Origin: a virus
IMG/VR virus record: IMGVR_UViG_3300020159_001932
Coordinates: 68,603 to 132,602 of that record
Strand: one strand, 5' to 3'
DNA: 64,000 nt
Part shown: one piece after another, positions 1 to 9,786 of the stretch
Layout: every line of letters starts with the position of its first letter
Numbering within the stretch: the stretch's first letter is position 1
Notes under the pieces: model-generated
Seen by the model: the letters and a program-made list of their open reading frames with translations, nothing else
Told to the model about the DNA's origin: nothing
Database searches by the model: none
Program-made: the position numbers and the translations under genes

Positions 1-3000
1 CGGGTCCTTTAAATAATTCAGGTGCTGCATCTGGGCCATTTAATATTATATCTGTTGTAATATTGAATAACTTTTTAATCGAGGAGGTTGTTATTTCTCC
101 GCCGGTTAGTACAGTATTAATAACTTGTGTACCTACAGGAATATTTGCCGGTGGTACTAAGATTGGGCACGTATCGTTTTGTACAATTAACTGCGATAGA
201 TAACTTATGTAATCAATAGCACCTATAGTCTGAACTTCTTGGCCGGCAATTACACTAGTTACACCTCTATAGTATGCTTTTCCGCTTTCAATACTTTTTT
301 CGTTGCCACCAAATGCCATATCGTAGGCCATGTTTTCTACGAGTATTCCTGCATCTCTATAGCATAGCTGTCTGTTATAATTAAAAGTGTTCAATGTTTG
401 ATTTAAAAAGGCAATTACTTCAGACTGAATAAAAGTTCTGTTAGCCATTAAGATATCATAAGAATTTAAAACTCCAGTTGATGTATTTGTAGCTAAATTA
501 ATTGGCACACGTTCGCCTACAACAGACGGACCATTACGAATAATATTAGTAATTGTATCAATGTTATGTTGTAATGTTTCAATTTCAAAATTTGTGCCTG
601 CGTTATATCCAACATATACCTGAGGAACACTAAGTTGGTAAGGACTTAGAATTTGATCTCCTCTTACAATCGACGGTACAATACTCTTAATAAAATTGTA
701 AGCAGCAGTAGTAGCAGGAATTTCATTTGGAGATCCTAGAGTAGATGTACTATTATTATCGTAATAATATACACCACTCTTTATACTTTGTAAATTTCCG
801 CCATGTAGTAAATCATAGGCCACACTTTCTAAAATATATCCTACATCTCTACGACACTTGGTCTGACTATAACCGTATACAAATGTATCGTTGATATATG
901 CAATAAGTTCAGATTGTATAAATGCTCGGTTGGCATGTATAATTGCAGCAGCATTTCTTACATTTTCAGAACTTGATTCTGCTAACCCTAATGGAGTTTT
1001 TTCTTCAACAACACCTGGGCCGCCTGAAATAATACTTGTAATGTAATCAATATTACCTTGTGCAACTAGTGCTTCTTGAATTGTTCCAGGTGTAACACTA
1101 CTAGTATCTTGAGGAGTTGCGCCAAACGGTGCTGGTACTTCGATGCCCTGCACTACATAATATAATAATTCTTTTAAGTAATTGTAGGCCGCTGTAGTTT
1201 GTACAGTTTGACCAGATATTGCGGTATTGCCTGTATATCCGTAATAATAGACTCCACTTTGTACAGCTTGCCTATTTCCTCCGTATAACAAATCAATACT
1301 AATCGAGTCTAGCATGTAACCAACATCTCTTGCACATTTTTCTTGGTCGTAGACAAACCCAAGAGTCTTTGTCGATTCAACAAATGCAATAACTTCTGCT
1401 TTTAAATAATTTCTATTTGCTTGTAACAAATTGTAAGCATTTATTACATTGGTAATTGTACTTGCAGTTAGAGAATTAGGAACAATTATATCAGTTACAC
1501 CTGCTGTGCCGGATGACAAAATATTTGTTATTACAGAAAAATCTGTAGATAAAGTTGTTGCCTCAGCAGATGTGGCAGCAGGCAAAGATATATTTTGTGT
1601 TACTGTGCTTTGATATCTTAACCCTGTTACATCATTTTGCACAATTTTTTGTGCAAGACTATTTAAATAATTAATTGCATTTGTGGTTGTAGTAATCTCG
1701 CTACCAATTGTTCCAACATAGTTGTCTTGGTTCCAATATTGAATACCTGCAAATGCTGACTGACTTCTTCCGCCAAATAATACGTCTTGTGCAACAGCAT
1801 CAACAATTAGTCCTGTATCTCTACTACACTTGGCCTGGTCGTATGAATAAAGAGGAACCAAGTTATTAGAATCAATGTAATTAATAGTATTATCTTTAAT
1901 TGTCTCAATATTTGAAATTATTGCATTGTAGGCAGCTACGGTATTAACGTTAGTACTTGGTAATCCATTTGAAATTACTTGATCTGTTACACCTACTGTA
2001 CCTGTATTTAAAATTCCAAGAATTATATCAAAGTTATTTCCAACTATTGTACCTTGGCCAGCACCACCAGCGCCGGTCGCTAATGTTACTGCTGAATTTT
2101 TAACAAATGTAATAGCTGCAATGGTTGCAGTAATTTCATTTGGAATATCTCCAGTATATGTACCTTGATTCCAATATTGTAATCCAGCAAATGTGCTATC
2201 GCTGGTACTATCTTGCAACATATCTTGTGCAATAGCATCAACAATTAATCCTGTGTCCCTGTAACACTTAATTTGATTATATGAAAAAGATCCGCTATTA
2301 AATGTTGCATCAACCCAGGCAACTGTCTGGCTTTGAATAAATGGTTTATTTGCTAGTAACAAAGTTCTAGCATTAAAAAACCCTTGTGTTTGTTTACCAG
2401 CATTAATACTTTGACCAATACTAATAGAGCCCGATTGTACATTTACAACAATACTAGCAGTATTTGATCCCCAAGAACTTAAACCTATTGCTAAAGGAAT
2501 TTGAACAGTTTGGTTAGGAAGGAACATTGTTCCATCTCGGAGCCAAGGTCCACTTTGATTTGTACAGTTTTGAATATATGGTGATTGGAATAAGTCAATT
2601 CTGTTGTCGCCAGTCTGTGGAGGGAAGGCAGCACAATATGCTCCTCTATTAAATCCTTCAGTGTATTGACCTTCTAATCTGCCGCTACGGCCATTTAAGA
2701 AATTCATGTAATTTAAATAACAACCGCTGTTTACATGAAATAAATCTTGTGTTTTGTTTATAGGTTCAATAAATGTAGTACGAATATCACTGCCACGCAC
2801 ACTGGTGTAGGGTTTCATAACCAGAGGATTGTCTTCTAAGTATCTTCCTGCACTTACTAATATTTGTGTACCTGGCTGATAATACGGACTATTCATTGCA
2901 CCACCAATTGTACGGCATGCTCGACTAGCATCCATTGCACGGCCATCGTTGGTGTCGTTGCCGTCCATGGTTACATACAAAGTATTTGTAACCACTGGTG

Positions 3001-3955
3001 CAGTTCCTATAGGATTTTGGCCTCTTACACGAATATCACCAAATACATCTGTCATTCCGCCGCCGGGTGCAATCGTTAAATTGCTTGCAGTACTGCCTAA
3101 AAATTTAGAATATATTTTGTTTAAATATGCATCAGCCCAAGCATAGTCTTGTCCACCAATAGATCCTGTGTTATCCCCAGCAGAGTAAATATTTCCGCCA
3201 ACATTAATGTCAGCGCCAATACCAGCTCCTCCTGTTACTACTAATGCACCATTGTCAATAGAAGTAGAATTGGTGCTATCTTCTATGGCAACTGCACCGC
3301 CAATATTAACATCACCTAATACTCCAGCTCCTCCTTCAACGGTAAGTGCTCCTGTAGTTGGACTTGATGATACCTCACTGGATAATATTGCTATTCTGTC
3401 TGTTGAAATTTTTCCAGTGTAGGGGTTATATCGCAGGCCTCCAACATCTAAGTTTTCATCAAAGGGATCTGCATAAAGTTGTGCTCCTTGCAAGACCAAA
3501 CCTTCTGCATCTGTAAACAATGGATAGAATTCTTGATCTTCATTTGTTTCTAGAACAGCAATGTTTGAGGAGGTAGTAGCGGTGTTTGCCGCAGCGATTC
3601 GACCATAAATGAATCCACCTACTGCAAGATCTTTTTCAATGCCCACACCGCCATCAAAATATGCTTGTGCTAGTCTACGTTGTGCAGTAGTACTGAATAA
3701 ACTCTGATCAATTGGATATAAAGGATCGCTGCCAGAGGGATTGCTAATGTTTCCGACGTTGGCGCTGTTACTTCTTACAAGAACAACTACCCCTGTACTA
3801 CCAACAACACCAAGATTTCCAACTGCTCCAACAAAGTTAGATTGTATTAATGTAAGAGTATTAGCTTGTGTAAACCTGGTAATTCCAAGTGGGGACGATA
3901 CTGAACCGCTTTGCGGTGCAACTGCTCTTGTTCCCGATTGTCTTGTTCCAGCCAT
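1..3955 (-). CDS. Large virion structural protein (>1318 aa, truncated at the window edge) with a pectin-lyase-like beta-helix region and five CxRD repeats
   Basis: Absent from the ORF track because it has no stop in the window. ATG at 3953-3955 is preceded by AAGGA and a TAAATA box. The frame reads MAGTRQSG... and is still open at position 2 (...IILNGPDAAPELFKGP). It contains LYVTMDGNDTNDG...SPYIQNCT and repeated Y.Q.KC.RD.G motifs. Confidence 0.85.
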   Translation of the reverse strand, partial: MAGTRQSGTRAVAPQSGSVSSPLGITRFTQANTLTLIQSNFVGAVGNLGVVGSTGVVVLVRSNSANVGNISNPSGSDPLYPIDQSLFSTTAQRRLAQAYFDGGVGIEKDLAVGGFIYGRIAAANTATTSSNIAVLETNEDQEFYPLFTDAEGLVLQGAQLYADPFDENLDVGGLRYNPYTGKISTDRIAILSSEVSSSPTTGALTVEGGAGVLGDVNIGGAVAIEDSTNSTSIDNGALVVTGGAGIGADINVGGNIYSAGDNTGSIGGQDYAWADAYLNKIYSKFLGSTASNLTIAPGGGMTDVFGDIRVRGQNPIGTAPVVTNTLYVTMDGNDTNDGRAMDASRACRTIGGAMNSPYYQPGTQILVSAGRYLEDNPLVMKPYTSVRGSDIRTTFIEPINKTQDLFHVNSGCYLNYMNFLNGRSGRLEGQYTEGFNRGAYCAAFPPQTGDNRIDLFQSPYIQNCTNQSGPWLRDGTMFLPNQTVQIPLAIGLSSWGSNTASIVVNVQSGSISIGQSINAGKQTQGFFNARTLLLANKPFIQSQTVAWVDATFNSGSFSYNQIKCYRDTGLIVDAIAQDMLQDSTSDSTFAGLQYWNQGTYTGDIPNEITATIAAITFVKNSAVTLATGAGGAGQGTIVGNNFDIILGILNTGTVGVTDQVISNGLPSTNVNTVAAYNAIISNIETIKDNTINYIDSNNLVPLYSYDQAKCSRDTGLIVDAVAQDVLFGGRSQSAFAGIQYWNQDNYVGTIGSEITTTTNAINYLNSLAQKIVQNDVTGLRYQSTVTQNISLPAATSAEATTLSTDFSVITNILSSGTAGVTDIIVPNSLTASTITNVINAYNLLQANRNYLKAEVIAFVESTKTLGFVYDQEKCARDVGYMLDSISIDLLYGGNRQAVQSGVYYYGYTGNTAISGQTVQTTAAYNYLKELLYYVVQGIEVPAPFGATPQDTSSVTPGTIQEALVAQGNIDYITSIISGGPGVVEEKTPLGLAESSSENVRNAAAIIHANRAFIQSELIAYINDTFVYGYSQTKCRRDVGYILESVAYDLLHGGNLQSIKSGVYYYDNNSTSTLGSPNEIPATTAAYNFIKSIVPSIVRGDQILSPYQLSVPQVYVGYNAGTNFEIETLQHNIDTITNIIRNGPSVVGERVPINLATNTSTGVLNSYDILMANRTFIQSEVIAFLNQTLNTFNYNRQLCYRDAGILVENMAYDMAFGGNEKSIESGKAYYRGVTSVIAGQEVQTIGAIDYISYLSQLIVQNDTCPILVPPANIPVGTQVINTVLTGGEITTSSIKKLFNITTDIILNGPDAAPELFKGP

Positions 3956-3985
3956 TATCTTATTCCTTTAGGGTATTTATTCGTT

Positions 3986-4495
3986 TTAGTATATGTATAA
4001 TTCAACTGAGCTAATCTTCGGAGTTGTCTTATGTGGCCAAGCTGGATGACTTTGAAATCTTAATACTACTCCAAATGTAGGGTCTTGCACCATTGATCTA
4101 TCTAAGTTAGTTACATTCCATTTATCAATACTACTTCCATATACTTTTTCTGGGTGTACCTCTAAATTGGCTCGATTATCTCCGATAAGAGTTTCATTCA
4201 GGCATAGTTGTACAGTCTCATCTGTAATTCTTCCGCCGCGGTTTATTAAAACTTTGCATTCAATTCCCGATATAGTATCAGGTAGATTTTCAAAATTAAA
4301 TCCTGATGCTCGTAAAAAATAAGTTTTCATTTTAATATCATTACGAGGTTGTCGTGCAATATGCAACAACGGTGACGATGTAGATATAGAAGTCCCGGAC
4401 AATATTAACGAAACATCTGCGCTATTCCACGTAATGTGCGATTCATCTTCTGCATATTGTTCAAGTATAGATGGGGATGTCCAATTGGTGCTCAT
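3986..4495 (-). CDS. Hypothetical late protein, probably structural
   Basis: ORF track 3986..4534. Start moved to ATG 4495 (MSTNW) because the upstream part overlaps a terminator and a TAAATA box lies 4 nt before this ATG. Confidence 0.65.
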   Translation of the reverse strand: MSTNWTSPSILEQYAEDESHITWNSADVSLILSGTSISTSSPLLHIARQPRNDIKMKTYFLRASGFNFENLPDTISGIECKVLINRGGRITDETVQLCLNETLIGDNRANLEVHPEKVYGSSIDKWNVTNLDRSMVQDPTFGVVLRFQSHPAWPHKTTPKISSVELYIY

Positions 4496-4532
4496 CCTGT
4501 ATTTACCAGATATTATTATCTGTGCATAAAAC

Positions 4533-4556
4533 AAAAAGGACTCCTAAGAGTCCCTT
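4533..4556 (-). terminator. Rho-independent terminator
   Basis: GGACTC-ctaa-GAGTCC stem followed by a U-tract on the minus strand, just after the 222-aa gene. Confidence 0.75.
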
Positions 4557-4575
4557 TGCTTAATTTAATTTAAAA

Positions 4576-5244
4576 TTAAACGTTGGCAATTGTAACAATT
4601 CCTGTAGCAGGACTTGTAATATTCCAACCAACACTTTGATTGTTGTTATATAAGAAACTACCGCTTGCTGTAGATTGTGTAATAATTGCACGGCGTGCTG
4701 TTAGTTTTGTAACATAGTATGTGCTACCGTTTCCGTCTGTAGCAACTAGGTTCATTTCACCAGCAGCCAATGTACTTGTGTTAACAAGTTTACATTGGCC
4801 AATACCGTCTGATGTTCTAACTAGATAACGCTTACTAGCTTCTTGTTTAACAATATCAGCAATAAGTGCGCTACCACCTGGCAAATATGCTCTTGTGTTT
4901 AAACCATTTTGAAGAGTAGTAGTCATTGTATAGGTAAATGTAGCCACTGTACCAGTTGTTCCGCCTGTAACAGTTGCAGTAGGCGTGCTTGTATAACCAC
5001 TACCACCGTCTGTTAATGTTACTGTTGCAACATTACCTAAATTATTTGTTGTTACATTACCAGTTGCAGTTTGTCCTCCTGCAATTTGTGGCGCTGTAAA
5101 TGTTAAACTAATTGTTGTACTAGTTGTATAAAGTGTACCAGTATTGTTGTTAGCAATAGTAGCAACACTTTCACCACCTACGCCTTCGCCTGTAATTGCT
5201 ACGTTTGTGTTAGCAAAAAATTTCTTTTTAATTGGACGTCCCAT
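4576..5244 (-). CDS. Thr/Gly-rich virion structural protein, possibly head decoration
   Basis: 222 aa with a GGSGYTSTPT motif, strong AAGGAG RBS and own late promoter, immediately downstream of the capsid gene. Confidence 0.6.
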   Translation of the reverse strand: MGRPIKKKFFANTNVAITGEGVGGESVATIANNNTGTLYTTSTTISLTFTAPQIAGGQTATGNVTTNNLGNVATVTLTDGGSGYTSTPTATVTGGTTGTVATFTYTMTTTLQNGLNTRAYLPGGSALIADIVKQEASKRYLVRTSDGIGQCKLVNTSTLAAGEMNLVATDGNGSTYYVTKLTARRAIITQSTASGSFLYNNNQSVGWNITSPATGIVTIANV

Positions 5245-5318
5245 TTTGTTTCTCCTTAAAATATAATGACGTTCTAGGTCTACGCAGATGGAACTGCATA
5301 ATACTTAGAATAGTATTT

Positions 5319-5349
5319 AACAAAAAACCCGCCGAAGCGGGTTTTTGTT
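5319..5349 (-). terminator. Rho-independent terminator of the major capsid transcript
   Basis: Minus strand reads CCCGC-TTCG-GCGGG-TTTTTT, a C(UUCG)G tetraloop typical of T4-like terminators. Confidence 0.9.
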
Positions 5350-5372
5350 CTGCATTTAAAGCTAGTAATGAA

Positions 5373-6560
5373 TTACTTATAGCTTGTATTATCAGAATTG
5401 ATAGACACCTTACCTAGGTAGTCGGCAGCGTTACCTAAAGAAGACGCTGTGTTTGTTAACTCGACGTAACCGTAACGAGTTAAGAAGCCAACTACTGGCT
5501 CGAATGTTGCTGGGTCTAGAACAACACCAGAGCTCATTAGAGGAATGTATGGGCAATAGAACGCAGCAGCGTCTGCTTCGCTAGAACCTTTGTATCCAAT
5601 TAGAACTTGGTTGTCTTCGATTGTTTGTGAACCACTGTCTGGTAGATAAGCATCAACATAAATTCTCATAGCACCGTTCAATGTACCAACAAACTTGGTG
5701 TTTGTTGGAGCTTCGAATGTACCTTCTGTTGTACGAGCAAATGCGCTGGTAGTAGCAGACTGTAGAATTGTTAGAGCTTGGTTAGAAACAACAGCCCAGT
5801 TACCTGCACCACGACGTGTACGCTGAGCAATTAAGTTAGCAACACGGTTGATTTGGATAGCAAGAGCAGCGTGCTCGTCACCGACGAATGTAGCTGTACC
5901 AGAAACTAGAGCTTGGTCATATGTTTCTTCTACTGTACCTAGAGCACGTAGGCTTGCTAGGATTTCTTGGTCAATTTCAGCAGTAATTTCTTGTGCTAGA
6001 GCAGCCATGATTTCTGCTTCGATGTCAATACCTTGTTGGGCTTGTGCATCTTGAGCAGCTTCAAAAGTCCAACGAGCAGATAGCTTGCGGCTCTTTGCTT
6101 CAACTGGGCTCTTCAAGATTTGAATGCTCATACGCTTACCTGGTTGACCTTCTAAAGTAGAAGTAGCAGCAGCACGTGGTGTTGTTGCATTGTCGTTACC
6201 AGAATATGCCTGGGCAATCTTGAATGGGCTTAGTGCCTCTTCACCTGCTACAACTTCGTTACTGGAATCAGCATAACGAACACGTAGAGTATGAATTTGA
6301 CCAACTGGACCTGTCATTGGCTGAACACCAATAATTTCGTTGGCAATAACTGTCGGCATAACACGACGAATTACTGGAAGAATAACACGGTTAAGTGTTG
6401 CAACGTTTCCTGCGCTTGTTGCACCTGCTGTGGCACTTTCACCCAAGTACTTGCGTGTGTTTTCTAGGCATACTGCCATAGAACTGCGACGGGTACCGGC
6501 TAGGCCTTCAAGCAGAGCCTCTTTGGTCTCTGACCATCTTTCATTTAATAGTTGTGACAT
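5373..6560 (-). CDS. gp23: Major capsid protein (T4 gp23-like)
   Basis: IIGVQPMTGPVGQI, AKSRKLSARWTFEAAQD, EITAEIDQEI, FYCPYIPL and TFEPVVGFLTRYG motifs. Confidence 0.97.
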   Translation of the reverse strand: MSQLLNERWSETKEALLEGLAGTRRSSMAVCLENTRKYLGESATAGATSAGNVATLNRVILPVIRRVMPTVIANEIIGVQPMTGPVGQIHTLRVRYADSSNEVVAGEEALSPFKIAQAYSGNDNATTPRAAATSTLEGQPGKRMSIQILKSPVEAKSRKLSARWTFEAAQDAQAQQGIDIEAEIMAALAQEITAEIDQEILASLRALGTVEETYDQALVSGTATFVGDEHAALAIQINRVANLIAQRTRRGAGNWAVVSNQALTILQSATTSAFARTTEGTFEAPTNTKFVGTLNGAMRIYVDAYLPDSGSQTIEDNQVLIGYKGSSEADAAAFYCPYIPLMSSGVVLDPATFEPVVGFLTRYGYVELTNTASSLGNAADYLGKVSINSDNTSYK

Positions 6561-6577
6561 TTATTGTCTCCTTGAAA

Positions 6578-7672
6578 TTATTTTGTAAGACCCGCCAACT
6601 TGCGGATATCTACAATATTGTCTAAGCCTACCTCGGGCTTGCTTTCACGATTTCCTGTTATTTCTGCACCTTCTGATAACATTGCTTTTTTAGGAGCAAC
6701 AGATTTTCTTTGGCCTTCCATAACTGCTGGTAGGTACTTGTCGAAAGCCTCATTTAGTTTCCTAGTCTGAACAGACTCAAGAAGTTCTTTCATGATCTCT
6801 CTTTTACTAGCATCTAACGGTGCTAGCAACTCGCCCATAACTGCCTTACGTTCCATCAAGTCTTTTGTTACTCGAATTTCGCGCTGGGTAGATTCTACTA
6901 GAGATTCTTTTTCTGCTACGGCTTGTTTTGCTTCTGCAAGTTCTTGCTCTTTCTTAGAAATAATCTTTAACAATTTACTTGTTTCAGACTTTTCATTTAG
7001 ATAAGAACCGGCAAACTCTTGTGCAAATGCTTCATAAATTTTGCGACCAAAGTCGTTGTTACGGGCACTGTCAATATCTTCTTTCAATTGCTTGATTTCA
7101 GTTGTTAACTTATTTGTGACTGTATTTTCAACTACCTTAGAGGCATGTTTGATAAAGTTTTGCTTAATATCTTCAAACTTGCTTTTTGCTTCGCGAACTA
7201 ACTTGACTTTTGTTTCTGCTAGGTCCTTCTTGTCAACAGCAAATTCATTGATTTCTTTTGCTAGAGCGTGAACCACAAATTGCTCTAACTTGCTAAAGTT
7301 CTCGGAAACTTTTTTACGGTCACCTTGGAACTCAACTAATTCTTTACCTAATTGATTAATAACAAACCCTTCTAACTTCTTAGCATCTTCAGAAATACGT
7401 TGTGTATATCTTGCTTTTGCTTCGGCTAGTGCCTGTTTGTCGTTATACAATTCGGACATCTCAGCAACCAATCTGTCGCTTAACATCTTGTCGATTGCTT
7501 CAACCATAAGACTCTTATCATGAGTATATTTTTGAGCAAACTCTTCACGAAGTTCTGCGGTGATTTGGTCGCGATTCTCTTGAATCTTAGCAGCAAGGGC
7601 GGCTTCGACAACATTTTTTGTCTCTTCCGTCATTACGCCTGACTCAACTAATTGTTTGAATGCGTCCAACAT
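6578..7672 (-). CDS. gp22: Prohead core scaffolding protein (gp22-like)
   Basis: Helical, Glu/Lys-rich, contains FGRKIYEAF; lies between protease and capsid genes. Confidence 0.85.
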   Translation of the reverse strand: MLDAFKQLVESGVMTEETKNVVEAALAAKIQENRDQITAELREEFAQKYTHDKSLMVEAIDKMLSDRLVAEMSELYNDKQALAEAKARYTQRISEDAKKLEGFVINQLGKELVEFQGDRKKVSENFSKLEQFVVHALAKEINEFAVDKKDLAETKVKLVREAKSKFEDIKQNFIKHASKVVENTVTNKLTTEIKQLKEDIDSARNNDFGRKIYEAFAQEFAGSYLNEKSETSKLLKIISKKEQELAEAKQAVAEKESLVESTQREIRVTKDLMERKAVMGELLAPLDASKREIMKELLESVQTRKLNEAFDKYLPAVMEGQRKSVAPKKAMLSEGAEITGNRESKPEVGLDNIVDIRKLAGLTK

Positions 7673-7688
7673 TTATTTCTCCTCGGGC

Positions 7689-8321
7689 TTATTTTAGACC
7701 TTTAATAACATTAAGGAGTGCTTCCTTAAGGTATTTCTGGGCCTTTGGATCTTCTTTAACTTCTTGTGCAACACGGAATGCTCTTGAACCGCCACGAGCA
7801 TTCATTAAATGCTCGTAAACTGGTGTAGGATACGCACCGGGCGCACTTGGTTGAGCAACTACGTCTACTGTAATAATCTCAAAATCGGATACATGGCCGT
7901 TCATGTCGTTTACGTTGCCGCTACCACGAGAACTTACACCAAGTTTTACACCACTTTCAAGCATAGTACGTACTAAATTGCCCATTGGAGTAGGTAAAAT
8001 TTTCATTTTACCATATCCATTAGGACCTTCCATCCACATCTGAGTAATCATATGTGACACACGGTCCAAATTCACTTTGAGATCATCAGGATGATCGACT
8101 TCTCCAAGAACACTATAACCATTTTGAATTTGATCATTAAGTGTTTTCACAGCACGTTCAATTTCGTCTACAGGGTAGACACGTTGATTGGCGTTGCGAA
8201 TACCACCTTGAATAGCAATACCCTTCAGGTGAAGTGTTTTGCCATCCTTGTCGTCAGACTCGAGTACTACTCCAGCCTGATCAAAACTTAGGTGTTCTCT
8301 TAAATAAGAAATTTGTCTCAT
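7689..8321 (-). CDS. gp21: Prohead maturation protease (gp21-like)
   Basis: NANQRVYP, LGEVDHP, GVSSRGSG and DVVAQPSAPGA motifs. Confidence 0.95.
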   Translation of the reverse strand: MRQISYLREHLSFDQAGVVLESDDKDGKTLHLKGIAIQGGIRNANQRVYPVDEIERAVKTLNDQIQNGYSVLGEVDHPDDLKVNLDRVSHMITQMWMEGPNGYGKMKILPTPMGNLVRTMLESGVKLGVSSRGSGNVNDMNGHVSDFEIITVDVVAQPSAPGAYPTPVYEHLMNARGGSRAFRVAQEVKEDPKAQKYLKEALLNVIKGLK

Positions 8322-8334
8322 CCAGTTTCTCTAA

Positions 8335-9342
8335 TTAACTATTTTGCGGTAAGAATTGACGCTTTGTAGCTGGATCAATACTTGTCTGACCAGCTTTGTC
8401 ACCTGTACCAGCACCTACTGGGCCTGGACCGGAACCTTTCTTCTCAGCACCGTGACCGCCGGCAACTTTGCTTAATGTCTTAACGCCAGACTTTTTACCG
8501 TCAACGTTTTGTAGACCACTAGCAAACTTTTCACCAGACTCAGGGTTAATACCCTTCATGTGCTTGGCTGGGCTTGTACCTGTGTTAGTACCAGCGGCTG
8601 TTTTTTGGTCGCCTAGAATGTTGTGTGCTGTTGCACCAGTTGTTGGCTTACCTTTGCCAGAACTGATTGGGCTTCTTGTGTTAGTACCGGAAGGCATTGC
8701 GTCACCAGTATTTGCACCAGCGATACCACCTTCGGCAGCACCTCGCTTATCAGCACCGTGACCGTCACTTACTTTTTCACTGTACTCACGTAAACGGCGA
8801 CCTTCAAATGCTGGTTTACCCATCATTTCGTCTCCGCCCATTTCGTCATCACCAGCTGAAAACTCGTCGTCTCCATCTGCACCACCGCCTTGTGCTTGCT
8901 CTAATTCAGCAAACGCGGCTTCTAATTCTTGAATAGCATTCTTGATATCAAAAATTGCTTTGTCTTCTTGGTCTTCGGGTTCTTCTTCATCACCCATATC
9001 GCCCATTCCAACATCACTGCCTAGATCGTCTGTGGCATCACCACCTAGATCATCTTCTTCGTCGTCACCGTCCATCATGTAAGAATCTTCTAGATCCATA
9101 CTTTCGTCGGCTTCTTCGTCAGCAGATTCGTCCATTTCCTCTTCGTCGGATTCGGCGGACTCTTCCATTTCTTCTTCATCGGACTCTTCAGATTCGTCCA
9201 TTTCTTCCTCATCTTCTTCTGCGATAAGGTTTTCGTAAATTTCTCTAGACTTCTCAACAACGATTTCGTGGAAAAGTTCATTGGCTTTATCCATTTCTTC
9301 GTTTACAAGTAAGTCCAACAATTGTTCAAATTTGGTAGACAT
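8335..9342 (-). CDS. Highly acidic prohead core / internal head protein
   Basis: Asp/Glu-rich N-half with repeated EEM(D/E)ES, Gly/Lys-rich C-half, located between portal and protease like T4 gp67/gp68. Confidence 0.6.
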   Translation of the reverse strand: MSTKFEQLLDLLVNEEMDKANELFHEIVVEKSREIYENLIAEEDEEEMDESEESDEEEMEESAESDEEEMDESADEEADESMDLEDSYMMDGDDEEDDLGGDATDDLGSDVGMGDMGDEEEPEDQEDKAIFDIKNAIQELEAAFAELEQAQGGGADGDDEFSAGDDEMGGDEMMGKPAFEGRRLREYSEKVSDGHGADKRGAAEGGIAGANTGDAMPSGTNTRSPISSGKGKPTTGATAHNILGDQKTAAGTNTGTSPAKHMKGINPESGEKFASGLQNVDGKKSGVKTLSKVAGGHGAEKKGSGPGPVGAGTGDKAGQTSIDPATKRQFLPQNS

Positions 9343-9525
9343 GTAATTAATTCTCCTTAATTGGTAGCGGCAAGGCTGTGCGTGTATTTACAGCATAGAT
9401 AATTTTTGCACTAGAAATAGGCCTAAAACGAGTCGTTTTAGACAAAATGACGCAGAGTTTCCTCTGGATTTGATATTTTTTGTTAAAAATATTTAGTTTT
9501 TAACAAAAAAAGTTATCTAACATGT

Positions 9526-9771
9526 TTATGCAGGTGCTGCTTCGGGTGGCGGTGCAGCGTACATTTTTCTAACTAGACCAAGTTCTTCACGTTTTTCTTT
9601 ATCGTGAGCTTCGGCAGCCTTACGTATGTTGTTGATCATACCTAAGGTCAAACGAGTTTTACGAAGATCACTACTTTTTAAGACGCTGGTATCATGTTTA
9701 CTAATGTACCTATTATCGTCTTGAGGATCTCTATGATCACGATTAAAATAAATGAATTCTCTTAATATCAT
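9526..9771 (-). CDS. Small head-module protein
   Basis: 81 aa starting MILREF; TAAATA box 5 nt upstream of the ATG. Confidence 0.7.
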   Translation of the reverse strand: MILREFIYFNRDHRDPQDDNRYISKHDTSVLKSSDLRKTRLTLGMINNIRKAAEAHDKEKREELGLVRKMYAAPPPEAAPA

Positions 9772-9786
9772 AGTTCTATTTATTCT

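Noticed and set aside
2864-3971. Short plus-strand ORFs at the window start
   Set aside because: They lie antisense to the long minus-strand gene 3955..<1.
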